The position numbers and the translations under genes are program-made. Below the pieces are notes generated by a model, which saw only the letters and a program-made list of their open reading frames with translations, had not been told where the DNA came from and searched no databases. 28,668 bases of DNA from an uncultured archaeon. Lineage in GTDB: Archaea > Iainarchaeota > Iainarchaeia > Iainarchaeales > JAAZKV01. Location of the stretch: NCBI GenBank assembly GCA_964491675.1, contig CAZBHA010000001.1, positions 2,346-31,013 of the forward strand. Direction: 5' to 3'. Below, piece by piece: positions 8,579 to 17,511 of this stretch (the stretch's first letter is position 1; each line of letters opens with the position of its first letter).

Positions 8579-9682
8579 TTATTCAAATTTTTTTTCATAT
8601 TTTTTCTTTAATTTTTCTCGTAGTTCTTCCCTACGCAAATTTCTTTTTTTAATAATATCTTTTTTTAATGCTGCTTTTTTTTCTCCTATTTCCTTTTTAG
8701 TCAATGGTTTTTTAATTTCGCTTTTTTTATCATATTTCTTTTTTGTTTTTGCAACTGATTTGTCAATATATTCTTTTAGAACTTTTTTATAATTTTGATT
8801 TGCTTTTTCAAGTTGTGGAACTTCAGCTTTTGAAGATGCAAATACTCCCGCTAACTTTGAAAATTCTGCCGGGAAAAATACTTGACTTCCCTTGTTTTTA
8901 GACATTCCTTCAATTGCTTTAATGTAATAATAAGTTAATGCTTTTTGATCTAAATCTCCCGCAGCTTCTTTAACTGCTTCTATTTCTGCTTTGTGAGCTA
9001 AAGCCCTTTCCATTCTTGCAAGTTTTTGTTGAACTGCTGCTTTTTCTTCATGCATTGCATCAAGAACTGTTTTTGGTATTTGAACATCTTTTATTTCAAC
9101 TGATTCTACAGCTAAGCCCCATTCTTTTGAAATTCTTTCTAAATTTTCTTTTACTTGTGCATTAATTATTTCAATATTTGAAATAACATCACTAAGAGTC
9201 ATTGAACCAACTATATCACGAACAGATGAAATAACAAATAAGGTTGACGCTTCTTTAAAATCCTCAACTTCAATAACTGAATTTACAACACTTTGTTTAT
9301 CCTTTTTTACTTTTATATAAATTACTGCATCAACAATTAATTCAATCCCGTCAGAAGTAACTACATCTTGTTTAGGAACATCTAGCGTTACTGTTCTAAG
9401 ATCAACTAAATTATAAGTTTCAATAAAAGGAAGAATAAAACACCAACCTGGGCCCCCAACTCTATTAACTTTTCCAAATCTATAAATTATTGCTCTTTCA
9501 TAATCAATTAATTTTAATAAAACTTCATAAGTAGTTATAAAATACAAAAAAATTATTAAAATTAAAAACCAATACCAATTTTCAATTATTACTTGCGAAA
9601 AAGTTACTATTGACCCAAGCATTATAAAAATAAAAATAATGACTATTAGAAATATTACATATTTGAAATTTTTATCTGCCAT
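8579..9682 (-). CDS. SPFH/band 7 (stomatin-like) membrane protein with Lys-rich tail
   Basis: Two N-terminal TM helices; YERAIIYRFGK, GPGW.FILPFIE, VDLRTVTLDVPKQDVVTSD and WGLAVESVEIKDV motifs; GGTGA upstream. Confidence 0.92.
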   Translation of the reverse strand: MADKNFKYVIFLIVIIFIFIMLGSIVTFSQVIIENWYWFLILIIFLYFITTYEVLLKLIDYERAIIYRFGKVNRVGGPGWCFILPFIETYNLVDLRTVTLDVPKQDVVTSDGIELIVDAVIYIKVKKDKQSVVNSVIEVEDFKEASTLFVISSVRDIVGSMTLSDVISNIEIINAQVKENLERISKEWGLAVESVEIKDVQIPKTVLDAMHEEKAAVQQKLARMERALAHKAEIEAVKEAAGDLDQKALTYYYIKAIEGMSKNKGSQVFFPAEFSKLAGVFASSKAEVPQLEKANQNYKKVLKEYIDKSVAKTKKKYDKKSEIKKPLTKKEIGEKKAALKKDIIKKRNLRREELREKLKKKYEKKFE

Positions 9683-9770
9683 TTAATTCACCAGTCAATA
9701 CTTCTTTAAACATAATATAATATGCTTTATATATAAGATTACTACAAGAGTATATAATATTAGTGGTATT

Positions 9771-10994
9771 ATGAAAAGATTAAAGAGGACTATTTTTGTC
9801 GTTTGCGTGGATCGTGATGATGATCTGGGCAGAAAGGCAAATGTGCGCGGACCAATTATTGGCAAAGAAAAAGTAACTCAAAGTGCTCAAAAATTAATAC
9901 TTACTGACCCTACTGAAAGTGATGCAAATGCGATGTTTGCAGCCGTTAAAAAATACGAAGAATCAAAATTAGAATTCAAAAATGTTGAAGTAGTTGTTTT
10001 AACAGGAGAAAGTAAAAATGGACTTCGTTCTGATAAAGAAATAAATAGACAAATAGAAATCTTACAAAAAAAACATATAATTGATGGCTGGATTTTGGTT
10101 ACTGATGGAGCAGAAGACGCACAAGTTTTACCAATTTTACAATCAAGAGCTAAAATTATTTCTACTGAACAAATTTTAATAAAACAAGCCCAAGCTGTTG
10201 AATCAACTTTTTATACAATAAAAGAAGCACTAAAAGATCCTGGAATGGCAAGATTATTTTTAGGCCTTCCTGGTTTAGCACTATTAACATTTTTTGTACT
10301 TGGTGAATATTCTTTGCAAGCAATTTCTTTAATTTTAGGAACTTATTTACTACTAAAAGGATTTGGAATTGAAGAAAAAATAGTTGAGGCAGTTAGAGTT
10401 ATTACTAGAAGTATTGTTGAGCAAAGAATTAGTGTTGTGATGTATATTGCTGCAATAATTTCACCATTTTTTGGAATTTGGCTTGCTTATTTACAATTAA
10501 TGTCTTCAGAATTTATTGATATTACAATAGATATTATTTCAGCATTTAGATTAGTTTATCCTTTTTTAGCACTAGCAGGAATTTTACTTTTAGTTGCAAA
10601 AGCAATTGATTCAATGTATGAGAAAAAAGCATACAAACTTTCAAAATATTTAGTTCAAAGCGCAAGTGTTTTAGCAATTTGGGCAATACTTGATGCAGGA
10701 ACTTTAGTTTTCTTGCGACAAAGTGAACTTGCTTGGTTTCCAGCAAATATAATGGGGGCTTTTATTTTACTAGTAATTACTATGAGAGTAAGTAAAGTAT
10801 TTGATATTAGAAACAGAGTTACAAATGCTTTAATTGGAGTTCATATAAGTGACGAAGAAGGAAATTACTTAGGAAAAGTTATTGAAATTAATAAGAAAAA
10901 ACAAACAATAATTTTTAATCAAGAAAATAAAGCAATTGAAAGAAAAAATAAACAATTCATTTTAAAAAATGGAAAAATAATTTTACTTGCATAA
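9771..10994 (+). CDS. DUF373-family membrane protein with C-terminal PRC-barrel-like segment
   Basis: VVCVDRDDDLGRKA, DPTESDAN, VTDGAEDAQVLPILQSR and QAQAVESTFY match DUF373; several TM helices follow. Confidence 0.85.
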   Translation: MKRLKRTIFVVCVDRDDDLGRKANVRGPIIGKEKVTQSAQKLILTDPTESDANAMFAAVKKYEESKLEFKNVEVVVLTGESKNGLRSDKEINRQIEILQKKHIIDGWILVTDGAEDAQVLPILQSRAKIISTEQILIKQAQAVESTFYTIKEALKDPGMARLFLGLPGLALLTFFVLGEYSLQAISLILGTYLLLKGFGIEEKIVEAVRVITRSIVEQRISVVMYIAAIISPFFGIWLAYLQLMSSEFIDITIDIISAFRLVYPFLALAGILLLVAKAIDSMYEKKAYKLSKYLVQSASVLAIWAILDAGTLVFLRQSELAWFPANIMGAFILLVITMRVSKVFDIRNRVTNALIGVHISDEEGNYLGKVIEINKKKQTIIFNQENKAIERKNKQFILKNGKIILLA

Positions 10995-11008
10995 ATAAAT
11001 TTGTGTTT

Positions 11009-11320
11009 ATGAAAAAAAACTTATTAACTTGGGACATGTACGAAATTAGCAGTACTTCATAAAAATTAGAAGGAGTTATGCTAAGAGGAAGAATTAGAAA
11101 ACTTGCACTTCAAAATAATATAAACCTAATAACTGATAACGCTATTGATTTAGAAAATACAGTTAGATTTTGTGTTTTAAGTAACGAAGATATTTCTTTA
11201 ATAAAAAGTTATTTAAAAAATAAATTTTTAAAAATCAAAATAAAAAAAGTTTTAACTAAAATTAAAAATCCAGTTCTTTCAAAATTAAAAGTTAACTCTG
11301 AAGAAAGATACTCGCTTTAA
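11009..11320 (+). pseudogene. Acylphosphatase-fold-like gene interrupted by in-frame TAA (11060-11062); the ORF track shows only 11078..11320
   Basis: Frame from ATG 11009 reads MKKNLLTWDMYEISSTS*KLEGVMLRGRIRKLALQNN. EGVMLR..IRKLA resembles the acylphosphatase QGVGFR...A motif. Confidence 0.5.
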
Positions 11321-13294
11321 TTAGTCACTAGAGTTTGATTTTGTTGCAGCACTTGTTGCAATTTTACTTACAACAAATCTTTTGTCAATAGAAATAATTT
11401 TTTTTAAATCATTTAATAATTTTCTTTTTTCTTTTCCATTTACTAAAGCCACATCTAAAACTTCAATCAAATTTCCAACTGCAATAACTTTTATTTTTTT
11501 AAGTTCATTATCATTAACAACAATATCTTGTAAATTACTTTTTGGTACTATTACTTCTTTAAAACCAGCTTTTATTGCAGCGCTAATTTTTGAAGAAACT
11601 CCACCAATTGGTAATACTTCCCCTCTTACTGAAAGTGATCCTGTCATTGCTACTTCTTGACGGATTGGTATTTTTTCTATTGCACTAATAACTGCTGTTG
11701 CAATTGAAACACTTGCACTATCTCCTTCAACTCCTTCATATGTTTGTAAAAATTGTATATGAATGTCTTTTGCAAAATTTCGTCCAGACGTTTTTTTGAA
11801 TATTACACTTACATTTTCAACTGCTTCTTTTGCAATTTCACCAAGTTTTCCAGTTGCAATTACTTTGAAAACATTTTTACTACTTGGAGGAGAAACTGCT
11901 GCTTCAATAGGAATAATACTTCCTGCACTCCCATCCCCAAAAACAGCTAAACCATTTACTCTTCCAACTGCTTTTCCTTCAGTTAAATAAACTTCATAAT
12001 CTCTTTTTGTTTCAATTGCTTTATCTACCATTTGTGATTCTAGAGTTCTTGCACTAATTTTTGCTTCAAATACATCTTGACTTGTTACTAATTTATTTGA
12101 TTTTTCAATTGCAACGTCTCCCGCAGCCCTAACAAGTCCACCAAGATCTCTTAATTTTAAAGTTAATTTTCCTTTTCTCTCAGCCCTTCTTCTTGCTTCA
12201 AAAATTATTTCTTCAACAGCTTCTTTTGTAAAGTGAGGAATTTTACCATCTTTTTTTACTTCTTGAGCTACAAATTGTGCAATTTTAAATCTGTTTTCTT
12301 CGTTATCAGGCATATCAACATTCATATAAACTTCATAACCATAACCCCTAATTCTACTTCGTAGTGCAGGGTGAACTTTTTCAAGATCAGGATAATTCCC
12401 AGCAGCAACTAAAACAAAATCACAGGGAACTGGATCAGTTCTTGTCATTGCTCCACTTGAATTTTCACTTTGACCAGTAATCGAATATTTTTTTTCTTGC
12501 ATTGCTGTTAGAAGTTCTTGTTGTGCTTTCATTGGCAGAGTTGCAATTTCATCAATAAATAAAACTCCCCCACTAGCTTTGTGAATCATTCCAGGTTCTA
12601 CTCTTAAATGTGCTGGAGTTCCTAAACCACCACTTTGAAGAGGATCGTGACGAACATCACCAAGTAGTGCTCCTGCTCTAGCACCAGTTGCTTCAAAAAA
12701 CGGAGCAACTTTTTTTGAAAAATTATTTACAAGTAATCTAGGCACTGATGAACTTTCCCTAGAACGCATTTGCCCACCAACAGCTAGCCCAATTAAAAGA
12801 ACTGCACCAATTAAAAGTAGTGCTGCAAAAATTATATCACTATACCAACCAATTTGCCAAAATACTCCAGCTAAAACCATCCATCCAATTGGTAAAATAA
12901 AAGAAATTAATCGCATTGAATCTTCAGCTCTACGAATTTCTAAACGCGCCGCATCAAGTATTTTTTTTCCTTCCCCCGCTTTAACAATTCTTACTTTTGG
13001 ATTATTATTATCTTCATAATTTGGATAAATTAAAATATCAACTAATTTTTGAACAGGCAAAATTTCACTCATTGCTTGTGCAAGTAAACTTTTTCCAGTT
13101 CCCGGAAGTCCAATTAAAAGAACATTTCTTTTTTGTGCAGCAGCTTTTCTAAGTAATTTTACACTTTCTCCTTGTCCAACTACTTGAGAAATAAGCTCTT
13201 TAGGAATAATTATTTGAGAAGTGTCTGCAAAATTAAAATTAGAATTAACTTTTTTTTCTTTCACAGGATTTGATTTTGACTTGATTTTAGCCAT
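11321..13294 (-). CDS. lonB: ATP-dependent protease LonB (archaeal, membrane-anchored)
   Basis: VVGQ box, Walker A GLPGTGKS, two TM helices inside the AAA domain, Walker B LFIDEI, catalytic GDSASVS and GGVSSK. Confidence 0.97.
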   Translation of the reverse strand: MAKIKSKSNPVKEKKVNSNFNFADTSQIIIPKELISQVVGQGESVKLLRKAAAQKRNVLLIGLPGTGKSLLAQAMSEILPVQKLVDILIYPNYEDNNNPKVRIVKAGEGKKILDAARLEIRRAEDSMRLISFILPIGWMVLAGVFWQIGWYSDIIFAALLLIGAVLLIGLAVGGQMRSRESSSVPRLLVNNFSKKVAPFFEATGARAGALLGDVRHDPLQSGGLGTPAHLRVEPGMIHKASGGVLFIDEIATLPMKAQQELLTAMQEKKYSITGQSENSSGAMTRTDPVPCDFVLVAAGNYPDLEKVHPALRSRIRGYGYEVYMNVDMPDNEENRFKIAQFVAQEVKKDGKIPHFTKEAVEEIIFEARRRAERKGKLTLKLRDLGGLVRAAGDVAIEKSNKLVTSQDVFEAKISARTLESQMVDKAIETKRDYEVYLTEGKAVGRVNGLAVFGDGSAGSIIPIEAAVSPPSSKNVFKVIATGKLGEIAKEAVENVSVIFKKTSGRNFAKDIHIQFLQTYEGVEGDSASVSIATAVISAIEKIPIRQEVAMTGSLSVRGEVLPIGGVSSKISAAIKAGFKEVIVPKSNLQDIVVNDNELKKIKVIAVGNLIEVLDVALVNGKEKRKLLNDLKKIISIDKRFVVSKIATSAATKSNSSD

Positions 13295-13425
13295 AATAAA
13301 ATAGGATTAGTAAAAGGTTAAAAATGCAACTAATTAGTTAGTTTTTAGTAAAAAAAATTAAATACTTTATCAAATAATTTGCCAAATAATACTAATTTAT
13401 TAATATATTATTTAACTCTTAATAT

Positions 13426-14337
13426 ATGGAAAAAATAAAAGTTACATTTTTGGGGACTAGTGGAAGTGTTCCAAAAAAAGATAGTAATTTTGCATCTTGT
13501 GTAATTTCTTTTAACGGAGAAAATATTTTATTTGATGCCCCAGAAGGAATTCAAAGACAATTAATGATTTCAAATTTATCATTAATGAAAATAAATAATT
13601 GTTTTATCTCACATTTACACGCAGATCATTTTTTAGGTTTATTTGGTTGGATTGCAACAATGAATTTGAATCAAAGAAAAGAAAAATTAACAATTTATTC
13701 TCCAAAGGGAGGAAAAGAAAAAATAAATAGAATGTTAAAAGAAGTTTTAACAAAAACAAGTTTTTTAATTGAACATAAAGAAATTAAAACTGGCTTAGTT
13801 TTAAAAAATAATTTTTTTACAATAAGTTCTTTTAAATTAGATCATGAAATTCCTTGTTTTGGTTTTTGTTTTAAAGAAAATGATTTAGAAGGAAGATTTG
13901 ATAGAAAAAAAGCTGAAAAATTAAAGATTCCAGCAGGCCCACTTTATTCAAAATTAGTTAGTGGAAAAACAATTACTGTTAATGGAAAAAAATTTAATAA
14001 AAAAGATGTTTTTGATTTTACCAAAAAACGAACCGGTAGAAAAATAGTTATTGCAATGGACAGCCGGCCAACAAAAACAATTTTAAAAAGTGCTGAAAAG
14101 GCAGACCTTTTAATTCACGAATCAACTTTTTTAGAAAATAAAAAAGATAGAGCAATTGAAACAAAACATAGTACTGCTAAAGAAGCAGCATTAATTGCAA
14201 AAAAATCTAAAGTAAAACAATTAATTTTAACTCATTTAAGTGCAAGTATAAATGATACTATGGAAGTTGAAAAAGAAGCTAAAGAAATATTCTCAAACAC
14301 TAAAGTTGTAAAAGATTTTGAAGAAATTTTTATTTAA
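13426..14337 (+). CDS. rnz: Ribonuclease Z (tRNA 3' endonuclease)
   Basis: FLGTSGSVP, intact SHLHADH, flexible arm IPAGPLYSKL, then DSRP, HESTF, HST and LTHLS motifs. Confidence 0.95.
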   Translation: MEKIKVTFLGTSGSVPKKDSNFASCVISFNGENILFDAPEGIQRQLMISNLSLMKINNCFISHLHADHFLGLFGWIATMNLNQRKEKLTIYSPKGGKEKINRMLKEVLTKTSFLIEHKEIKTGLVLKNNFFTISSFKLDHEIPCFGFCFKENDLEGRFDRKKAEKLKIPAGPLYSKLVSGKTITVNGKKFNKKDVFDFTKKRTGRKIVIAMDSRPTKTILKSAEKADLLIHESTFLENKKDRAIETKHSTAKEAALIAKKSKVKQLILTHLSASINDTMEVEKEAKEIFSNTKVVKDFEEIFI

Positions 14338-14393
14338 AAAAATATTTTTTCTAATAATTTAAAAAACACATATTTAATATATAAAAAAATAAA

Positions 14394-14933
14394 TTAAATA
14401 TTTTCATTTGCTTTTTTAACAATATTTACAATTTCAATTTCTAGAGAAATCATTTCTTGTTCTTTTTTTCTAATTAACTTTTTAAAAAGAGTCTCACTAA
14501 TTTCGTGTTTCATTAATTTGGCTTCTAAAAAAGCAATTTCTTTTCTAACAAGTTCTGTTTCAGTTAATAAATTAACAAGTTGAACTTTTCTATGTTTTGT
14601 AGGATTAGTTAACTTTTTATAAATCGCATCTAATTTGTCTTCAACTTTTAAAATGTGAGTTTTTTTTAATCTAAAAATCTCTAGTGTTGTTAACATAATA
14701 CTTTCTTCTATTTCAAGGTGTAATTCATCAAAAATTTCTTTTTTAATTTTACCTTGCATATGTTTTCTTTGAGCAATTTTAAGCCTATCTTTTTGTATTT
14801 CAAGAATTTTTTCTTTTTCTACAAGTAATCTTTGTTCAAAACCAGAATTGTGTTTAATAAATAAAAAAAGCGCAATAGTTACAATTAACACTAAAATTAT
14901 AACTCCATAAAGTTCAACAAACAAAATTTGCAT
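14394..14933 (-). CDS. Hypothetical membrane-anchored coiled-coil protein with duplicated helical motif
   Basis: N-terminal TM helix; internal repeat at aa 54-91 and 136-173. Confidence 0.7.
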   Translation of the reverse strand: MQILFVELYGVIILVLIVTIALFLFIKHNSGFEQRLLVEKEKILEIQKDRLKIAQRKHMQGKIKKEIFDELHLEIEESIMLTTLEIFRLKKTHILKVEDKLDAIYKKLTNPTKHRKVQLVNLLTETELVRKEIAFLEAKLMKHEISETLFKKLIRKKEQEMISLEIEIVNIVKKANENI

Positions 14934-14977
14934 AATATATGTAAAGTTTTGTAAAATAAAAACCTTGTTATTAGTAA

Positions 14978-15112
14978 TTAATGCTTAACATCAAGAATTG
15001 TTTGCTTTTGAATTAGTTCTTTATCTCTTTGTTTAATTGCAAATTTAAAAACAACTACAATTAAAATAATTGCAATTATTGCCAAAATCAATGTAAACCA
15101 CATACTTTCCAT
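14978..15112 (-). CDS. 44-aa single-pass membrane microprotein (not in ORF track)
   Basis: MESMWFTLILAIIAIILIVVVFKFAIKQRDKELIQKQTILDVKH*. Preceded by GGTGTGTGA and fills the gap between two co-oriented genes. Confidence 0.7.
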   Translation of the reverse strand: MESMWFTLILAIIAIILIVVVFKFAIKQRDKELIQKQTILDVKH

Positions 15113-15130
15113 AAATAAATCACACACCGA

Positions 15131-15808
15131 TTATAATTTAACTTTTTTGCCTGGTTTTAATAAAATTGTTTGAGTAGAAAGAATACTTTCTTTTATTCTT
15201 TTATCTAAATCCTTGGAATCAAATTTTTTAGTTTCAAAAATATCATATTGCATTGGAATTAAAGTTTTAGGTTTCATTATTTTTGCAGCCCTAACTAGAT
15301 CAACAACATCCATTGTTTGTGAAGACATTGGAAGAATTGCAATATCTGGACGAATTCCAGAAAAAGAATCAAGTAAACTTGTTACTCCAGCATGATAAAT
15401 CTTTGTTCCATTAATACTAATCAAAAACCCAGTTGGACAAAAACTATTTGGATAATGGGCAGTTTTTGTTTCTATTTTAAGTCCTTTAATGTTCACTTCA
15501 AAATTTGAACCAATTGCAATTTTTTTAGTCCTAGGCAAATTTAAATCGTTTAAAATAAAATCATGTGCAACAACTGTTGCATTATTATCCATCGCAAGTT
15601 TTTGAACTGCAAGTTTATCAAAATGTTCTTCAGTTTCATTAGTTAAAAGAATTAAAGTAGTGCCTTTCATATCACTCATTTTTGAAGGAATTTTTTCATT
15701 TTTACTAAATTTAGTAATAGTTGATTCAAATATAGGATCTATTAAAATAATGTCTTTTTTATCTTTAATCTTGAAAAAAGAATGACCAAAATATTGAAGC
15801 TCCACCAT
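15131..15808 (-). CDS. Metallo-beta-lactamase-fold protein (UPF0173-like) with degenerate metal site
   Basis: MVELQYFGHSFFKI, ILIDP, GFLI, IYHAG, DIAILP and LIPM are recognisable. Start moved to 15808 because of TATA spacing and the family N-terminus. Confidence 0.85.
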   Translation of the reverse strand: MVELQYFGHSFFKIKDKKDIILIDPIFESTITKFSKNEKIPSKMSDMKGTTLILLTNETEEHFDKLAVQKLAMDNNATVVAHDFILNDLNLPRTKKIAIGSNFEVNIKGLKIETKTAHYPNSFCPTGFLISINGTKIYHAGVTSLLDSFSGIRPDIAILPMSSQTMDVVDLVRAAKIMKPKTLIPMQYDIFETKKFDSKDLDKRIKESILSTQTILLKPGKKVKL

Positions 15809-15837
15809 GCTACTCATAAATATTTGATACAAATCAT

Positions 15838-15853
15838 AATTTAAAGGTGTGGT
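15838..15853 (-). promoter_or_regulatory. Putative TATA box with CA-rich upstream element
   Basis: Minus strand ACCACACC-TTTAAATT, about 30 nt upstream of ATG 15808, inside a divergent intergenic region. Confidence 0.45.
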
Positions 15854-15897
15854 AAAAAAAGAAACTATTTAATACACAATATATTAATATAATATGT

Positions 15898-16680
15898 ATG
15901 AAAAGATCTTTTTTGATTTTAATAATTCTTTTAATATTATTAACAAATACTTTTGCACAAGACACATATGGAATTTGGTTACATAGCATAGATATTGAAG
16001 TTAATACAGTAGGAGAAGTTGAAGTTAGTGAAAAGTTTTATTTATTTTTTGAAAATGATGCTGCCCAACTTAAATTTAGAGAAAATAGAACTAAATTTGG
16101 AAGTGATTTAACACTTTGGGAAGAATTTAATTCTAGATTTAAATCTACTATTGGTGGCACAAAAGCAGTAAATAAAAAAATTAATTATTCTGAAGGGGCA
16201 GATACATTTTTACAAATTACTTATAATTTAATTGATCCTTTGATGGCAGAAGGAAAAGAAACTGCACTTGTTTCAGAATACAGCATTAAAGCAAATTATT
16301 TGAATAATTTATATGAATCGGGATTATGGGTTATCCCAGAAAATACTAGAGTCTCTATTATACTTCCCGCAGGAGCAGAAATTAAAGATATTGTAAAACC
16401 ACAAGCAACAGTGATAAATTATTCTTCAAACAGAAAACAAATTATTTGGGAAGGGTATAAAAGTTCAAACGAACTAAGTTTAAAATATTTTATTTGGAAA
16501 AAAATTGATCCTATTTTTGATTTAAACAAAGTAAGTAATTTTATATTTAGAACTCAAGAAGGACTAATTTTATTAGTTATTATATTAATAATAATTAGTG
16601 GAATCATTTGGAAAAGAAAACTTATTGCTGATAAAATAGAAGATTTTGTTGAAGCTAATACCATACTCAAAGAGGAGTAG
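15898..16680 (+). CDS. Hypothetical secreted protein with C-terminal membrane anchor
   Basis: Signal peptide MKRSFLILIILLILLTNTFA, beta-rich ectodomain, TM helix LILLVIILIIISGIIW and a short charged tail. Confidence 0.75.
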   Translation: MKRSFLILIILLILLTNTFAQDTYGIWLHSIDIEVNTVGEVEVSEKFYLFFENDAAQLKFRENRTKFGSDLTLWEEFNSRFKSTIGGTKAVNKKINYSEGADTFLQITYNLIDPLMAEGKETALVSEYSIKANYLNNLYESGLWVIPENTRVSIILPAGAEIKDIVKPQATVINYSSNRKQIIWEGYKSSNELSLKYFIWKKIDPIFDLNKVSNFIFRTQEGLILLVIILIIISGIIWKRKLIADKIEDFVEANTILKEE

Positions 16681-16689
16681 GTGAAAAAA

Positions 16690-17511
16690 ATGCCTGCAAT
16701 AAAACAATATCTTGTAAAAAAAAGAAAAAAAATTAATCCATTTTCAATAAAAAAAGAATCTGTGAAACTTGATCTTAACACTGGAGAAATACTTCATCCA
16801 CATAGCCCAAAAATACATTATGTTGAAATTAGAAATAAACCAAAAGACATAAAAATTGCTGGAATTTTAGTTAGAGAACTAAATAGAGCAAGACAAAGAA
16901 AAGATCACTCTAGAGAAGCAGAAATAAAAAAATTAATAAAGAAACTAGGCTTAGAACAAAAAGAATCCCGTGCAATTTGGAATAATATTGGTGCAAAAAG
17001 AACTTGGACTGATGCTTGGGAACATAACTCAGTTAAAAAAGTAATTAATAGATTTAGCAGTGGAAAAATTTTAGATATTGGAGCGGGGGCTAGTGAATAT
17101 TTTATTAAAGCTGGAGAAAAATTACCTGATGTTACTGCAATGGATATTTCCCACAATGCTTTAATCCATAGCCCATATCAAAAAAGAGTTGTAGCAAATC
17201 TAAACGAAATAAGTAGAACAAAAAAATTACCATTTAAAAGTAGAACTTTTCAAACTGTGAACTTAGCATATTTATTAAATTATATAAAAAATCCAGAAAT
17301 TTTTTTAAGCGAAGTTGCAAGAGTTACTAAAAAAGGCGGAAAAATAATTATTACAGGAAACCCAACTTATTTTGTGCCAAGTCAATTAATGCACATACAT
17401 GACATTTTAAGATATAAAAAACATTTAGCTAAAATTGGTTTTAGAGTTCATATTTTGACTCCACAAATTGATAATCCAACTACTAAAATGTTAATTGCAA
17501 CAAAAGTTTAA
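16690..17511 (+). CDS. Class I SAM-dependent methyltransferase with long basic N-terminal extension
   Basis: ILDIGAGAS (motif I), VTAMDIS, LPFKSRTFQTV and FLSEVARVTKKGGKIII. ATG 16690 follows AGGTGA, which overlaps the upstream TAG. Confidence 0.85.
   Translation: MPAIKQYLVKKRKKINPFSIKKESVKLDLNTGEILHPHSPKIHYVEIRNKPKDIKIAGILVRELNRARQRKDHSREAEIKKLIKKLGLEQKESRAIWNNIGAKRTWTDAWEHNSVKKVINRFSSGKILDIGAGASEYFIKAGEKLPDVTAMDISHNALIHSPYQKRVVANLNEISRTKKLPFKSRTFQTVNLAYLLNYIKNPEIFLSEVARVTKKGGKIIITGNPTYFVPSQLMHIHDILRYKKHLAKIGFRVHILTPQIDNPTTKMLIATKV

Noticed and set aside
8561-8580. AAACTTTT-AAAA-AAAAGTTT hairpin between convergent rpoL and SPFH genes
   Set aside because: The stem is almost all A/T and is likely by chance from opposing T-tract terminators.
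11060-11062. Stop-codon reassignment as the explanation for the in-frame TAA
   Set aside because: TAA, TAG (16678-16680, 20932-20934) and TGA (1142-1144, 8275-8277) all end conserved genes at expected positions, so the standard code applies.
16715-16735. KKRKK as a eukaryote-type nuclear localisation signal in the methyltransferase
   Set aside because: Lys runs are common throughout this AT-rich proteome and nothing indicates a eukaryotic host.
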